64,000 bases of DNA. Origin: the human T2T-CHM13v2.0 reference genome, Homo sapiens. Below are positions 38,790-51,496 of this stretch, in pieces. The stretch is from the NCBI RefSeq assembly GCF_009914755.1, contig NC_060931.1. The stretch is one strand, 5' to 3'. Each line of letters begins with the position of its first letter. The stretch's first letter is position 1. A program made the translations under genes and the position numbers. The notes under the pieces were generated by a model that had not been told where the DNA came from, searched no databases, and saw only the letters and a program-made list of their open reading frames with translations.

Positions 38790-39620
38790 ATCAAGTAGTA
38801 GTACAATATACTGAGCAAATTTTATTTGAAAGATTTATAAGGAATAATAGAAATGAAGAAGTGGAAGAAGGACATATATGATCTGTGACCTTTAGGAATT
38901 ATAATCTAGTTGAGGAAAGACCCACGTAGCAGGGAAAACTTAGTTCATGGCATTCTAGTTTTCCTGTATCAAATCCCCAAATACAGCATTCATTTAACTG
39001 TGACTTTATTACTTTATAACTTCCTCTTTCACATGAATGAGCACTCCATAGAGTGATTAAGCAGAACTTCTTGTTGAAAATTTGATATATATGACCACTG
39101 AAAAAAAAGAGTCAAGAGAAGTGAAAATGAATTCTAGGGGAAAATATAAACAGATACACAATAATAAGAATGTGAAGATATACCCAGAAAACCATGAGTT
39201 ATCTGTTTTGAGGGGAGTAAGATGTCTCTTCAAATATATGAAAAATAAGAATAGAAAGGGTCCTTCAGGCTAGACTTTAGAAAACTATCAATGTCTGAAA
39301 AAGAAGGTTGGGCCTTGGATCATAAGCAGGGTCACAAACTGAAGGGTTTTAAAAAGTGAGAGACATGATCAACGTTGTATTTCTAAAAGTGATTCTGAGG
39401 TGGATGGTTTTGATTGATTATAAAGGCAGATCTTCAAATGTTGAAATGGCAGGAGCCCATTGAGCAAATCTAGTAGTCAGTTCATAAAATCCTGAGTAGG
39501 CATAGAAATGGGAATAAAAGGAATTTTGGTGGCTCAAATTGAAGGGAAAGACAAATAAAGAAGTGTTAGAAGTTACATCAAGATTTAGAAGTGCTGGTTG
39601 GAAATAACATTAATAAAGAT
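38790..39620 (+). mobile_element. Diverged L2 fragments
   Basis: GGAATTATAATCTAGTTGAGG...GGCCTTGGATCATAAGCAGGG...AGTGAGAGACATGATC motifs; approximate. Confidence 0.45.
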
Positions 39621-40052
39621 AAGAAAATTTGGAGTCCTGTGTGCATGTGTGTGTGCTTGTATCATCTCTCCATAGAGTGAAGCTGAAAATATAATTATCT
39701 TCAAAAACATTTAAGAGAGTATGTTTCCAAATGGTTATATAGATTAATGACAGATCTGCCCAATAGCCAACAGAACAATGGGACAATAATCAAACTGTCT
39801 CAGATGGTAATTAACTCATTTTAAGAGTAGGTGACATTGGCTAAAAATCAAAATGCTGAAAGTCAGAGAAATGGAATAGGCATATAAGTCCGGAATAGAG
39901 AGAAACATGTTAAGCAAGGACTGCCCCATGTTAGATACTAACATGGGAGAAGTTGAGAATGTGCCGAGTTAAAAGGTGTGAAACTTTTACGTAGAAGGAA
40001 ATAAAAGTAAAACCTAAAATAGCAAAAAAAAAAAAAAAAAAAAAATCATAGG

Positions 40053-40405
40053 TGATATGGTTTGACTCCGTGTCCTCACCCAAAATCTTCTCTTGAATTG
40101 TAATAATCCCCGCAGGTCAAGGGTGGGACCAGGTGGAGATAATTGAATCATGGGGGTGGTTTCCCCCATGCTGTTCGCATGATAGTGAGTGAGTTCTCAA
40201 GAGATCTGATGGCTCTACAAGAGGCTTCCCTCTTTGTTCCGCACTCATTCTCTCTCCTGCCAAACTGGGAAGAGGTGTCTTCTCCATGATTGTAAGTTTC
40301 CTGAGGCCTCCCCAGCCATGTAAAGCTGTGAGTCAATTAAATATCTTTCTTTATAAATTACCCAGTCCTCAACAGTTGTATATAGCAGCATAATGGACTA
40401 ATACG
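40053..40405 (+). mobile_element. THE1-family solo LTR
   Basis: TGATATGGTTTGACTCCGTGTCC...GAATCATGGGGGTGGTTTCCCCCATGCTG...AAATTACCCAGTC...GGACTAATAC. Confidence 0.9.
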
Positions 40406-40794
40406 TTAGAATTTTTTATGAATTCTTTTTTATTGTGTTATAGTTACCCCAAGAAGAGAAAAATAATAAAAAATACACATTACTTGAAATCTTTGATTCA
40501 CTGCTTGGGTCAAATGGCTCAACGCAGATGTTGTACAGCTTCATCTCATTATTGTTGTATTATTTTTCAATCTTCACTTCTCAAAACTATATTAAACATT
40601 TCCCACTTTCATGTGAAGTCTGGTTAGTTGTCTATAAGAACAATAGGATCCTCTATTATTAAAAAAGAATATGAATTTCTCTATATTTTTAATCTGATTT
40701 CTAAAATGGGTAGTGTATATTTAGAAGAGCCTTCTCAAGCCTTTGTCAGAGATAACTGTATGTTGTATTTTCCCTAGCAAAGGGCTAATTTATA

Positions 40795-40999
40795 GAGGGG
40801 AACAACAAGTGCTGGCGCCTTTTTGAGGGTGGAGGGTGGGAGGAGGGTGAGGATTATGAAAAATAACTAATGGATACTAATGGGTACAAGACTTATTAAC
40901 TGCGTGGTAAAATAATCTGTGTAACAAACCCCATGATACGTTTACCTATTTAACAAACCTGCACTTGTACCCCTGAACTTAAATAAAAGTTATAAAAAA
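40795..40999 (+). mobile_element. L1PA(old)/L1PB extreme 3' end
   Basis: GAGGGTGGAGGGTGGGAGGAGGG...AAATAATCTGTGTAACAAACCCCATGA...GTACCCCTGAACTTAAATAAAAG. Confidence 0.85.
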
Positions 41000-41228
41000 G
41001 GTAGTACTAAAATTTCTAAATATAATAAGATTCTGAGTGACATGTGACGAGGAAGGAGTACTATGATTTGATGAGGCAGGTCTTGAATGACAACATATTT
41101 AAGGTACAGATTTCTGAATTGATTGAGAGAAAAAAATGACTTGCATTTCAAATTCATTCCTCTTGCTAGAAGTGTCTTGGTCTAACTAAATTATATTGGT
41201 TTCCAAACCCAGTACAACTTTCTATCTA

Positions 41229-41721
41229 CAAGTGACCCTTAGAAAATGGGTTTGAATTGTGTGTGTCCACTAATACATGGATTTTTTTCCAATAAAGGTT
41301 ACAAGTGTGCCTGCTCTCCTGCCTCTTTCAGCGCCTCCACCTCTCCTGCCTCTGACACTCCTGAGACAGCAAGACCAACCCCTTCTCTTCCTCCTCCTCT
41401 TCAGTTTACAAAACATGAAGACAAAAAGGATGAAGACCTTTATGATGATCCACTTCTATTTATTAAGAAGTAAATATATTTTATCTTTCTTATGATTTTC
41501 TTTATAATGTTTTGCTTTAGCTTTATTTATTGTAAAAATAAAGTTTATAACACATTTAATATACAAAATATGTTAATTAACTGTTTAAGTTTTCAGTATG
41601 GCTTCCTGTCAACATTAGGCTATTATTAGTTATGTTTTCAAGGAGTCAAAAGTTATACTCACATTTTCAACTGTGCAGAGGGTTGGCACTCCTAATGCTT
41701 TGCATTATTCAAGGTCAACTA
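41229..41721. mobile_element. Tigger2a/MER28-like DNA transposon derivative
   Basis: TA-flanked CAAGTGACCCTT...TTCAAGGTCAACT terminal inverted repeats; CTCCTGAGACAGCAAGACCAACCCC...GAAGACCTTTATGATGATCCACTTC core. Confidence 0.8.
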
Positions 41722-42800
41722 TATTTCCTTTAAGGTAATTAACCATATTTCAACATGGTTAGTCTTATTAGCTATTCTTCTTTTTGATTTTTAGTACATT
41801 AATTGTAAAGATATTCACTTACACATCATAGTTGCTCAGTGAATGGCTGAATGACTCACGGAATGATTGCATGAATTAAAGACGGCCAATATATCTTCTT
41901 ATGAACTTTGTTGGATCAAAGTTGAAGATTATAATTGCTCATGTTTAAACATTCTCAAAAATCTTGTGAGAATTAACACTGTTGTTATAAATTTTTATTT
42001 CAAATGCTCTTTTAACAAATGTGTTCCCTCTGATTCCTAAAACAGCCTTGCTGGGAACAAGAGTCTATTTTACTGTTCCTAGTTTATAGGTAAGGTAATT
42101 AAAGCTCCTTGGAAAAGTTCCTTGACAGTGCTAAAGGCTAAAACCTGGACAGACCTAACTATATACAGCATTCCTCACTTCCAGTTTTGCTATTATTCAC
42201 CAAACCATGATTATTTCATGCAATGGAAACATTGAACTGGACAATACTCTTAAATTTCACTTATTCTGAAAGACATTTACTCATCCCAGCATTCCCTAAA
42301 TTCAAAGGAGAACTTGAATAACAACCTGGAAGACTCAACTACCTGACAGTTCCAGAGCTGACAATGATTTGGCTGGCTTCCAGCAGACACTTCTCTTTAA
42401 GTGTTACTTCACTGAACAAGACACTATATGATAATGCTATTTCACTGACCTTCCCCTGCTTCCTGCCATAGGCTTAAATTATCTGCGATTTTTGTGAAAA
42501 CAGTGCAAACCTCTGTGGATAAGAGCTGAAAAGGAGTATCATTTAATGAAAATCAGTGATAACTCGATGAAAATTGGTTAAGAAAAGTCCAATGTTTTCA
42601 ACTTACTTAAATGGAATAATGAAAATGTTTTCAGATATCTTTTGTTTTGATGTGAATAAATAAATCATTTAAAATTTAAGTTTTAACAAGTAAATGGTTA
42701 TACCATCCTATATCCTGTTTAATATGTTATTTTTATGCCAGAGTTCAGCTTAAGTATCATGTAGAGCTATCAATACTGATGATCTACAGTTTACCTTTCA

Positions 42801-42940
42801 GCCGGGTGCAGTAGCTCATGCTTGTCATCTCAGCACTTTGGGAGGCTGAGGCAGGAGGATCACTTAAGGCCAGGAGACTAGCCTGGGCCACATAGTGACA
42901 CTCCATCTCTACAAAAACAGAACAAAACAAAATAAAAAAC
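42801..42940 (+). mobile_element. Free left Alu monomer (FLAM/AluJ left arm)
   Basis: GCCGGGTGCAGTAGCTCATGC...GGAGGATCACTT...CTCCATCTCTACAAAAA, no right arm. Confidence 0.8.
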
Positions 42941-44239
42941 AGAACTCAGATCTACATTAAAAAGGAAGAGTATTTGAAAAGAAATGAAGGTAAAATAAAA
43001 TTTATCTTTTACTGACTGATTTAGGAGAAGATTATAGTTCTTCATTAGCAATTGTAAGACAGAGGCAAGAGTCTATGTTGGTGAGGAAAACATAAAATTC
43101 TGTTTTTTACTCTGAAGATTATTATTGGATTCTCTCTCTCACCTTGCCTCATATTTTCTCTGCCTATCTGTCTCCAACTCTCTCTCTCTCTCAAATGCAG
43201 TATTCCTGTTAATTGTGAAGTACCTACAGATACATATTCTCTCTAGGCACACATCTGTAAATATAATTTATTTGTTGTATAAAGAAACATATCTCCAAAC
43301 ACATATAGTATTATAACATGTAATTTTAGATTCAAGTATGTAAAGCATTTTTCTTAATTTAAAATTGAAATCATTTTGAAAATTAGATTTTAAATATACA
43401 GATTGTCCAAATTCAAAGAAACAGCACTCATTCATTTAAAATAAATCTTATTTTTATACTTGGGATTTTTGCTAAGAATTCATTTGTTTATCAAAATATG
43501 TGCATTTAGCCTGATTATCTAATTACCCTCATAATGAAAAGAACATTTAAACTCAGTAAATATGAGGATATTTTCAAAACAACTCCAATTTTTTAATTAC
43601 CTTGCATACATTTTTTTGTATGTGAGACGAAGTCACATGGCACATCCTACTTTTGTGACCACAGCATATTTTGTAAATACTTGTTACAGCAAATTGATGT
43701 CTTACTAGCACTGAAGTTAGTATTGAAATACTGATGACAGTTAATGCTAGTAATCAAGTCCTGATTAGTCACCCAGCACTTCCATACCTGGAGCACTATT
43801 ATTGTTTATTGAGACATATTTTGGTTCAGTATTGGAACATTTTGGCCCTAGGTATGTTATGGAATACTTAGATTAAACCCAAAACAAATAGTTGATAAAA
43901 TTTAAAAAAAATCATATGTCATTTTTTCTTATTAAAATAATTTAAAGGCTGCAAGACTGCTGTAAAATAAAACAATTATTTAATATTTTAAATACATTGA
44001 AAATAACAGAGGTCTACTTATAGCCTTTAGAATTTGCCGTTTTGTGGGGGAAAAAAAAACCGCACAAAACAGAATTTAGCTAATTTGTGCCTACCTCAAA
44101 ACAGGTGAACTCTCAGCTTGGTTAAAATAATGTATAATTAATATTTCTTTGTCATTGCTTGTTAATTTAGGTTATTAAATATCTGCTATTCATTAAATTC
44201 TAGGTCATTCCAAACTGAAACCCCTTTAGAAACATCCTG

Positions 44240-44523
44240 CTTTTTATTTTCTTATAATTCTAACTTTTATTTTACATTCAGGGGATACATGTGTGCATTT
44301 GTTATATGGGCATATTATGTGATGCTGAGGTTTGGGGTACAATTGATCTTGTCACCCACATAGTGAGCATAGCACCAAATAAGTAGTTTTTCAGTCCTCC
44401 CTCCCCTTCCTTCCACCCCTCTTTTGGAGTTCCCAGTGTTTATCCTTCCCCTCTTTGTATTCCTGTGTACCTACTGATTAGCTTCCACTTATAAATGAGA
44501 ACATGCAGTATTTGGTTTTCTGC
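44240..44523 (-). mobile_element. L1PA(old)/L1PB 3' end
   Basis: TTCAGGGGATACATGTG...GATGCTGAGGTTTGGGGTAC...CCACTTATAAATGAGAACATGCAGTATTTGGTTTTCTG. Confidence 0.85.
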
Positions 44524-47500
44524 TTGATTTTAATCTTAAGCTTTATAGTCAGTATGTCCCAACCTTACAAACCAGTACTTTACTTTAGTTCTTCAGTAAA
44601 TATGAGAACCACTCATAATATGCAACAACAACAGAGAAAGGAAGCTTTAATATCATTTATGGATTTCTTATTTTTCTATCATTAATTTTGTCCTCTGATA
44701 GACTGATTTTCCTTTATCCTATTTTTTAAGTTAAATATATTCACATACTTTTAAAGCAGATAGATATATAATATATATATTAAGATTCATATTGTAACTT
44801 TCTCTGTTTACTTGTTAAACAAATTTATGTAATATTAAGTAGGTAACTACAAGTCTGCTTATACAAGTCATGTCTTTAAAGTAAGTCATTTTTCTTTAGT
44901 GTAATTTTATTAGTCAGTTAAATAAACATTATACTTTTACAAATATAATTGTAATTATGAAGCTCCTGTGTGTATATATAATGCCTTATCTTTATGTTGT
45001 ATTTTATTTATAAGTAACTACCCTAAATATCTGATTTCTGTAAGCCATGTTTCTGAAATGCATCTCTCAGTTAAGTCACTCTACCAGACCTAAAAGATGA
45101 TTGCTAAATAAAGATATTTAGAGAATTGCTTAGAAATTACAAACTTCCCCACTGCACTTTGCTACTTTTATACCACCTACCATATTCTATGCAACTCACC
45201 TGTTAAGATTTATTACTATAAAGGTATCTATTCATGGTTTTCCATTTCAAACACAATATATGTAGTAATTTTAATTCATTTCTGAGAATGATCTCATCCA
45301 TTCTGCTCATGGGGAAAGTATTATATTAGTATGGTATATAAAGGGAAGTGTTGACAACGGTGGTGGAATTTTTCACAAGGAGGACAACAATATGGAAAAC
45401 ATAAGAATGGGGAAGAGGAACTAGTCTTACATCCACTTTAAAGAAAGATCATAGGTGTTTTAGGTAAAATGTAATCTTCTTAGTTTGACATCAATAGCCT
45501 TTGATAATCATTTCCCATATAACTTTTCAGCCATAACTATTTTTTCAAGGACCTTTCCTCAGTCCATTATATTCTTTTCATCACCAGCTAGTGCATTTCC
45601 ATTCATCTTTCAATATCCAATTCAAATGCCAACTCTGTGACACCTTTTTGTATTCTGCCAGACAAAAATAATTGTGTTTCTTCTGACCTCTCCTTGTATA
45701 TTTCATGGAATATGGCAAAGTACTTAATTCCACTGAACTGTAGCTACTGTCTTGCTGTCTTACCAACTAAAACAAGGACATTTTGGGGAATATGAGAATT
45801 TAAATTGAATAGTAACCACAAGATAAAAACTCTGGGCATTGCACGATCTTCCTTTTAACTAATTAGAGGCCAAGTATATTGATGAAAATCATTATATAGA
45901 ATTTGATAAGACTTTCTTCTAATATTGTTTTATGATTTTTCATGTTTCATAAAATTTTGACAGAAATATATTTCTTATAATTTGTCTTCTTTGTAACTCC
46001 CCTCTTTTGTTCCTACAGCAACATGCTGTCCTGGCTAACGTGTTTATGAATGCAAGAAAACTTTCAAAAAGGGAGTTTGAAATTTAACTCCACAAACTAC
46101 TATCTGGATTGGAATGCTACATTAAATGTATTATAACTTTGTATGGACTTATAGGGATGGGGAATGAAAAGGATCCAAGGCCCTATGTTGATATTCTTTT
46201 GATATGTTAAGAAATAATCTAGTGTTATTTTCTATTTCTTCTCAAATGTTTTTAGAGGTTACTTGGTACACTGGTCGACAAAACCTTGAAATATTGATGT
46301 TTAAGGGCTGCTGATTGCTGGCAGCAAAGAAGTCCAACTGTGCTGGCACCTGAGATAGCGTCTCCACATTTTCTTCCAGGATCATCACCTTTGTTCTAAA
46401 TAGCTCCTACACAGTGTGAATATTAGTCATATGTTTTAGATTTTCTGCCTTGGCACCCAGGAAACCAGTATGATTGAGTAAACATATTAAACTTCCTCTG
46501 CATTTCCAGCCTGAACAGATGTTGAGTACGAGCTGATCCACCTATGTTCAACCCGAGAGAGTCCACATCCACAGATGGTTTCATTTCCCTTTTTCAATGT
46601 ATGTAAAAGCATAGATTCTTGCTGGCATGTATAAATGTGCCATTTAAGGCAATCAAAAATGGTTCCACATCTCACTTGATTTCCACAATTGTTGCTGTAA
46701 CGATGGACTATTGAGGAGAGAAACTTAATTTCTCTGGCAGATCTTCCCACATTTAAGCAACATGTTCATGGAGAGCCAATATTCAGTAATTACAGCACAA
46801 TTCCTCACAATTTCACAATTCGCCAACAGTATGCATTTTCACAATGTAAAGCTGATTTTCCTTTAACCAAATGAAACATGAAAAGGTAGCTGCATGCAAT
46901 GGGCAATCTAGGTCATTAGATGATTGATGTAAAATTAGAGGACATTGAGACTAGAATAGATTGCAAACATCGGGGAGCTCAGAAAACTTGTAAACTCTAC
47001 ATTTTGAGGAAATATGTTGTTGATGCTTTTGCAGCTCTATGCAGCAACCTAACAAATAAAGGCTTAAAATAACTTATCTATGAGTTACTTTGTCATTATT
47101 TGCAACTATTTCACATCATACAGCTTCTCTAGGAAGTCCTCAGCTTATTTACCAAAACAGAATTTCTAGTTATAATTCCATTCCTCTGTTGATACTATTT
47201 CTCTTGCCTATGAGACAAAGAATCAAAACCAAGTAATCAAAAATGTAGAATATTGTAGTGGTTATGTTTAACTTTCTAATGTTGTGAATGCTATCTCATC
47301 AAATGAATTATACAATTTAACAGTCACTATGAATAAGCATAAATTTACAGATTATGCCAAGTCTATATATTGTAAGTAATCATATATTCCAAATATTATT
47401 TTTTATGGTAATGAAAGGCACTATGTATTGAGCACTTAAATATGCATAAGCATGATGCTAATCTCTTTAGCTATTTCAACAATAAACTGTGTAAATACTG

Positions 47501-47846
47501 TAACCTACATTCTTTTTGAAGCACAGGTAGTTATGACATGGGTAGTCACATTCCGTATTCTTTGTAGTAGGGGAAGGTTAAAGAATGAGGCAGAGAGAGA
47601 CACACACACAGAGAGATATGGAATGTACATGAGAAATATTCAATCTGATAAATTATATAATAAATCTTCACCTAACATACAGTATTATGACAGCAACGGA
47701 CTGGTGGATAAAAGGAGCATTTCTATTTAAGTACCACTGAAACACTTAATTTTAAAATGGTACAGGCTTGTTAGGTCAAAAAAGAGAAATCTAAGCTCAA
47801 GTAAGGAAACAGCATGTAGAATTTGACAAAGTTATAAAATGGATAA

Positions 47847-48105
47847 TTTTTTTAAATTTTATTATTATTATACTTTAAGTTTTAGGGTACATGTGCACAA
47901 CGTGCAGGATTTTTACATACGTATACATGTGCCATGTTGGTGTGCTGCACCCATTAACTCGTCATTTAGCATTAGGTGTATGTCCTAATGCTATCCCTCC
48001 CCGCTCCCCCCATACTATGTAGCCATAAAAAACGATGAGTTCATGTCCTTTGTAGGCACATGGATGAAGCTGGAAACCATCATTCTCAGCAAACTATCGC
48101 AAGGA
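47847..48105 (-). mobile_element. Short 5'-inverted (twin-primed) L1PA insertion
   Basis: Antisense 3'UTR 47847-48010 joined to sense ORF2-end piece 48011-48105; TSD TAAAATG(G/T)ATAA at 47835-47846 and 48106-48117. Confidence 0.85.
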
Positions 48106-49519
48106 TAAAATGTATAACTTTATTTCATGTCAGGGAATACAAAAAAAAAAAGAAAAGAGAACCGGAAGATTCAAAAGTACAACAGACCAAAGCAACAGGC
48201 TTGTGGGTGGTTAAAAAAAATACTCCCCCTGGTTTGTGGGCACAGATCAGTGAAAAATTTTACCTGGATGATAGATGTGAGAGGATTAAGAACACTTGAC
48301 AAATGCAACCTGCACTTTCCTGTTTCGCCTAGCCCTCCTGCAATTAACCAGGACCATGAAACAAGCTGTAGCCAAACAGCTGTGAGTAGAAATCATATGT
48401 GTCCCTTTGGGTTAGTAGAAAACCCTCCAGTATTCTGTTCCTCTGCCAGGGCAATGAGGAGACTTTGTGTTGAGACTGTGGAACCGGAAGACAAAAGCAA
48501 CCTCAATGAATTCCTGTGTAGCAGCCAAATCCCCCGAAACTCACCCGGACTAGAGTGATTTTGTGAAAGCAAGAAGTAAAATGTTTGATTGCTGCATCTG
48601 CAATGCCAGTACTATCTTGATTAGTACAAATTATCAGAAAGTAGGAGAAACAAGAACATGAGCGTTCTGGCACCATCGTCATTGGTTGTGAAACAGAACA
48701 TTATCTGTAACATTCCATCCTGTATGGTAGTGAGGGTTTGTTCTATTTGCCAATGTTTAGAGCCACAGTAGTGTATTTACATGGGTTCAGTTGGATTAAC
48801 CAGTACATATTCATTTTCTTTAGATGGATTTAAGTAACAAACCTACCAGTGTCATTAAACAAATGGACAAAATGAGCAGTGGAACATTTTATGCTTATTG
48901 AAAAATGAACAAATATTATTCTAGTAATGAAAGCTCTGAGTGCAATACAATGTCGAGATTGAAGTGGTTCTCTCCTACCATTTAATGGATAAGTTCTAGA
49001 AAAGACAAGTGCTGTAAACAAAACACTATTTCCATGGCAACACATACTTCAGCTTTTAGCCTTTCATCGCACAAAAAGAATTTTAAAACATTTTTTATTT
49101 TCATAGTTTGTAATAACAATAGTGACCTCTACATCTGGTATTTTCTGGAAGCTAGTAATTGGCAATGCCTCAGGCCTTACACTTTTTGGCCAATCTTCTA
49201 GGAGAGCGTTACCCAGGTTTCTCATTACTTATAAAAATTCAGTTCATTTTCCAAGGGCAGATACTTAAAGACAAAATTAGCCCAGCCATATATTTTGAAA
49301 TGCATATTTTAGAAATAAATATTTTAAGTGTCAGATACACTGCTCTCTGAGTCAAACAACTGTATATGCACATATGCTGTGTGTTTGTGTGGGCATGTGA
49401 AGACATATATATGATTGTGTATGTGTATATGTAAATTATTTCTTATTAAAATTTCTGGAAGTGACAGTATAAATAGCCAGTGATAAAGCATGATAAAGTA
49501 TAGATGTAAGAAATATTGT

Positions 49520-50065
49520 GTCTCTATTGACACACAGCATTATTACTATGAAATCTGCAGATTAAACAAAGCAAGTGAATTATTTTATGGTTTGTGTTGG
49601 TTAGGAATTTAGCTGACTCTTCTGCTTCAGAGCCTTACAAGGCTGCAATCAAGGTAGCAGCCAAGACTATGGTCTTACCTGAATCTCAGCTGGGGAAGAA
49701 TCCTCTTCCATATTCATATGGTTCCTTACAGTATTCATCAAGTACCTGGAAGGCTGTTACCCTGAGGGCCTCAGCTTCCTGCTAGCTGTTAGCTGATGGC
49801 CACACTCAACTCTGTAAGCTGTGATCCTCTCCATGTAGCAGCACAACACATGACAATTTATTTATTCAAAGCCAATGACAGAGAGTCTCCCAGCAAGACC
49901 AGTTACAATCTCATGTAATGTAATCATGTTCACATAATCCCATGGTCTCATATTTGCCATTTGCTACTGTTAGAGGTAACTCAGTTCCTTCCCACACTTA
50001 AGAGCACAAAGGTGTTATGGCCAGAAGGTAGGGATTATAGGAGCCACACTGGAGCCTTATAGCAC
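49520..50065 (-). mobile_element. MLT1D/E-type LTR
   Basis: CAAGGCTGCAATCAAGGT...GGGGAAGAATCCTCTTCC...GAGGGCCTCAGCTTCCTGCTAGCTGTTAGC; approximate limits. Confidence 0.6.
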
Positions 50066-51496
50066 AGAGATTTTCACCTAAGTCCACATGATTAGAAATT
50101 ATAGGAAGACAATCTTGTGGATCTCAAAAAATAAATGTTTGCTTATTCAGCATCATAAAATGTAAGTAACTGTTATGTGGCAATTAGAGATTTTGTAAAA
50201 TTGTGTTACAATTACTATTTATTCCCTTTCTCAAGGAAGTAATTTATAAAAATTTCACTAAATACCAAAAATAACTTTTTGTATTATTAATTTTTACCTG
50301 AGACTATACATTTTTAGAGGCATAAGAAAAGAAATATAGATACACCAATAACCAAAAAGTTCTAGATTCAGATCCTGGCATAATTATTTTTGAAGTTTGT
50401 AAAACCTTTTGCAAAGACATAATATGCCTGATTATTAGTTTTATTATCTATAAAATAAATATAACATGTGCTTGGTATGCTTATCATGGATTTCAAATAT
50501 TATACGATTTGAAAAGGCCTGCTTTACAGTAGCATCTACTTAAATGACTGATAAATTATTGAAACAATACTTCATATATATATATATAAGAATATTTAAA
50601 TTCACATATTAAATTTTCATATACTGATTTGGAAACTGTTTCCTGTTTGGTTAATAATTATTTGAATTTCTTATACTAGGTGAAAGCCATACCCCAACCT
50701 ATTAGAAATTAATTAATTTCTGCTAGGGAAAGATACAAGGTAATAATATAATCAGAATTATATGTCTATATACTATGCTCAGAAGGAATACATCTCACAG
50801 AAATGGCAAAACAATTCTGCCACAGCTGTAAAATTATGTACAGTTTATCTGATTTGACTTTCTTGTGCCATGAAGAACTTGCAGAAAATATAATATTAAT
50901 TAAAATACACATAAAGAGTTTTGCTCATGAAAGAAGAAAGTTATATTTTGACATCATTCCAGCTCTGGTTAGGATGCTGGATTCCCTGGAGTAAATGTGG
51001 GAATCTGCTTCACTTGAAAAAATACCTGAGCCTGTCTATTTAAGGAATTACTAAATATAGAGTTTGGAAGTCAGGCTTTTCTGAACTATAGATCACTATG
51101 GCAGCTCTATAACTATATCATAGTTCCATAAGTCAGAGGAGTGTCATTTTCTACGTTCTCGTATCTCATCTTAGGGGGATGCTCTATGTTGACTACTGAT
51201 AAAACTGCTGGTACATTCGTTCTTTTCTGCTTCTGTACACCAGGGATAGCAAATGCTCCTCCAGGTTCATCTTTACTAAGTTGGGAGTGGTTGTGAAGGA
51301 TGGCTATGACAACCAACTGGAGGTCCGAAGGAGAGCACACCACCATCAACTCACTCTGCCTGCCGCAGGGAACGATGGCGGCCCATATGCTGCCAATCTA
51401 ACAAATGGCCTCCAAGCATGGTGACAGCTGTTTGTGCAGACTCTGGAATAACAAATTACAACTTCCTCATGCTTTCTATTAATCTGGCATTTGAAA

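Noticed and set aside
38930-38966. Imperfect inverted repeat CAGGGAAAACTTAG...CTAGTTTTCCTG
   Set aside because: Short with bulges; compatible with chance in AT-rich DNA
40024-40045. Orphan poly(A)22 next to the THE1 LTR
   Set aside because: No upstream retrocopy body or clear TSD; most simply a mononucleotide tract
48127-48558. 143-aa ORF next to the small L1
   Set aside because: No recognisable homology, includes an A-run, non-ATG-like start context; likely chance
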